From Squalus acanthias (taxonomy: Eukaryota): a stretch of 64,000 nucleotides of DNA. Each line of letters begins with the position of its first letter. Positions within the stretch are counted from its first letter, which is position 1. Location of the stretch: assembly GCA_030390025.1 (NCBI GenBank), contig CM059440.1, positions 52,514,001 through 52,578,000 of the forward strand, in the 5' to 3' direction. A program made the translations under genes and the position numbers. Below are positions 63,748-64,000 of this stretch, in pieces. The notes under the pieces were generated by a model. The model was not told the DNA's origin and did not search any database. It saw only the letters and a program-made list of their open reading frames with translations.

Positions 63748-63950
63748 GTAGCACACTTGCCTCTGAGTCAGAAGGTTGTGGGTTCAAGTCCCACTCCAGG
63801 GACTTGAGCACATAAATCTAGGCTGACAGTCCAGTGCAGTGCTGAGGGAGTGCTGCACTGTTGGAGGTGCTGTCTTTCGCATGAGATGTTAAACTGAGTC
63901 TGCTTTCTCATGTGGATGTAAAAGATCCCATGGCAATATTTCGAAGAAGG
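63748..63950 (+). mobile_element. Remainder of the SacSINE1/Deu-type SINE whose first ~24 nt lie at 54577-54600
   Basis: GTCAGCTGTGGCTCAGTTGGTAG | (GTAG)CACACTTGCCTCTGAGTCAGAAGGTTGTGGGTTCAAGTCCC reconstitutes the SINE head. Confidence 0.85.
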
Positions 63951-64000
63951 TTGTTGTTGTCCTGAATTCACTGTATCTATTGAGCTAGTAATAAGTAGTC

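Noticed and set aside
1-64000. CRISPR array or prokaryotic operon
   Set aside because: No repeat-spacer periodicity; the window is intron-containing vertebrate DNA

Overview
Eukaryotic, repeat-dense vertebrate DNA, most likely from a cartilaginous fish (inferred from abundant CR1 and L2 LINEs, SacSINE1/Deu-type SINEs and Penelope fragments). Most of the window is transposon-derived and often nested. One host gene can be reconstructed on the minus strand: a B7-family, CD276/B7-H3-like type I membrane protein of 283 aa. Its four coding exons are signal peptide 27104-27050, IgV 24138-23785, IgC 23201-22917 and TM/tail 21375-21218, all joined by phase-1 GT-AG introns. Its IgC domain has Phe at both disulfide-Cys positions and its TM helix contains a Glu. 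The most unusual element is an intact, very young 4.5-kb Ty3/Gypsy LTR retrotransposon (55818-60327; identical 215-bp LTRs, CCAAT TSD, one 1313-aa gag-pol ORF). It lacks a tRNA-type PBS: the PBS position is instead 13-nt perfectly complementary to the LTR's own polyA-signal region (candidate self-priming). Its RT catalytic motif is YVDN and its protease motif DSC. Also present: four minimal hammerhead ribozymes in Penelope ends, a GGGC-ended MITE family with 3-bp TSDs and triple splice donors, an inverted duplication whose copies hold different MITEs at the same site, a relic 5S rDNA array and two solo LTRs. Degenerate repeat boundaries are approximate and identities were estimated by eye.
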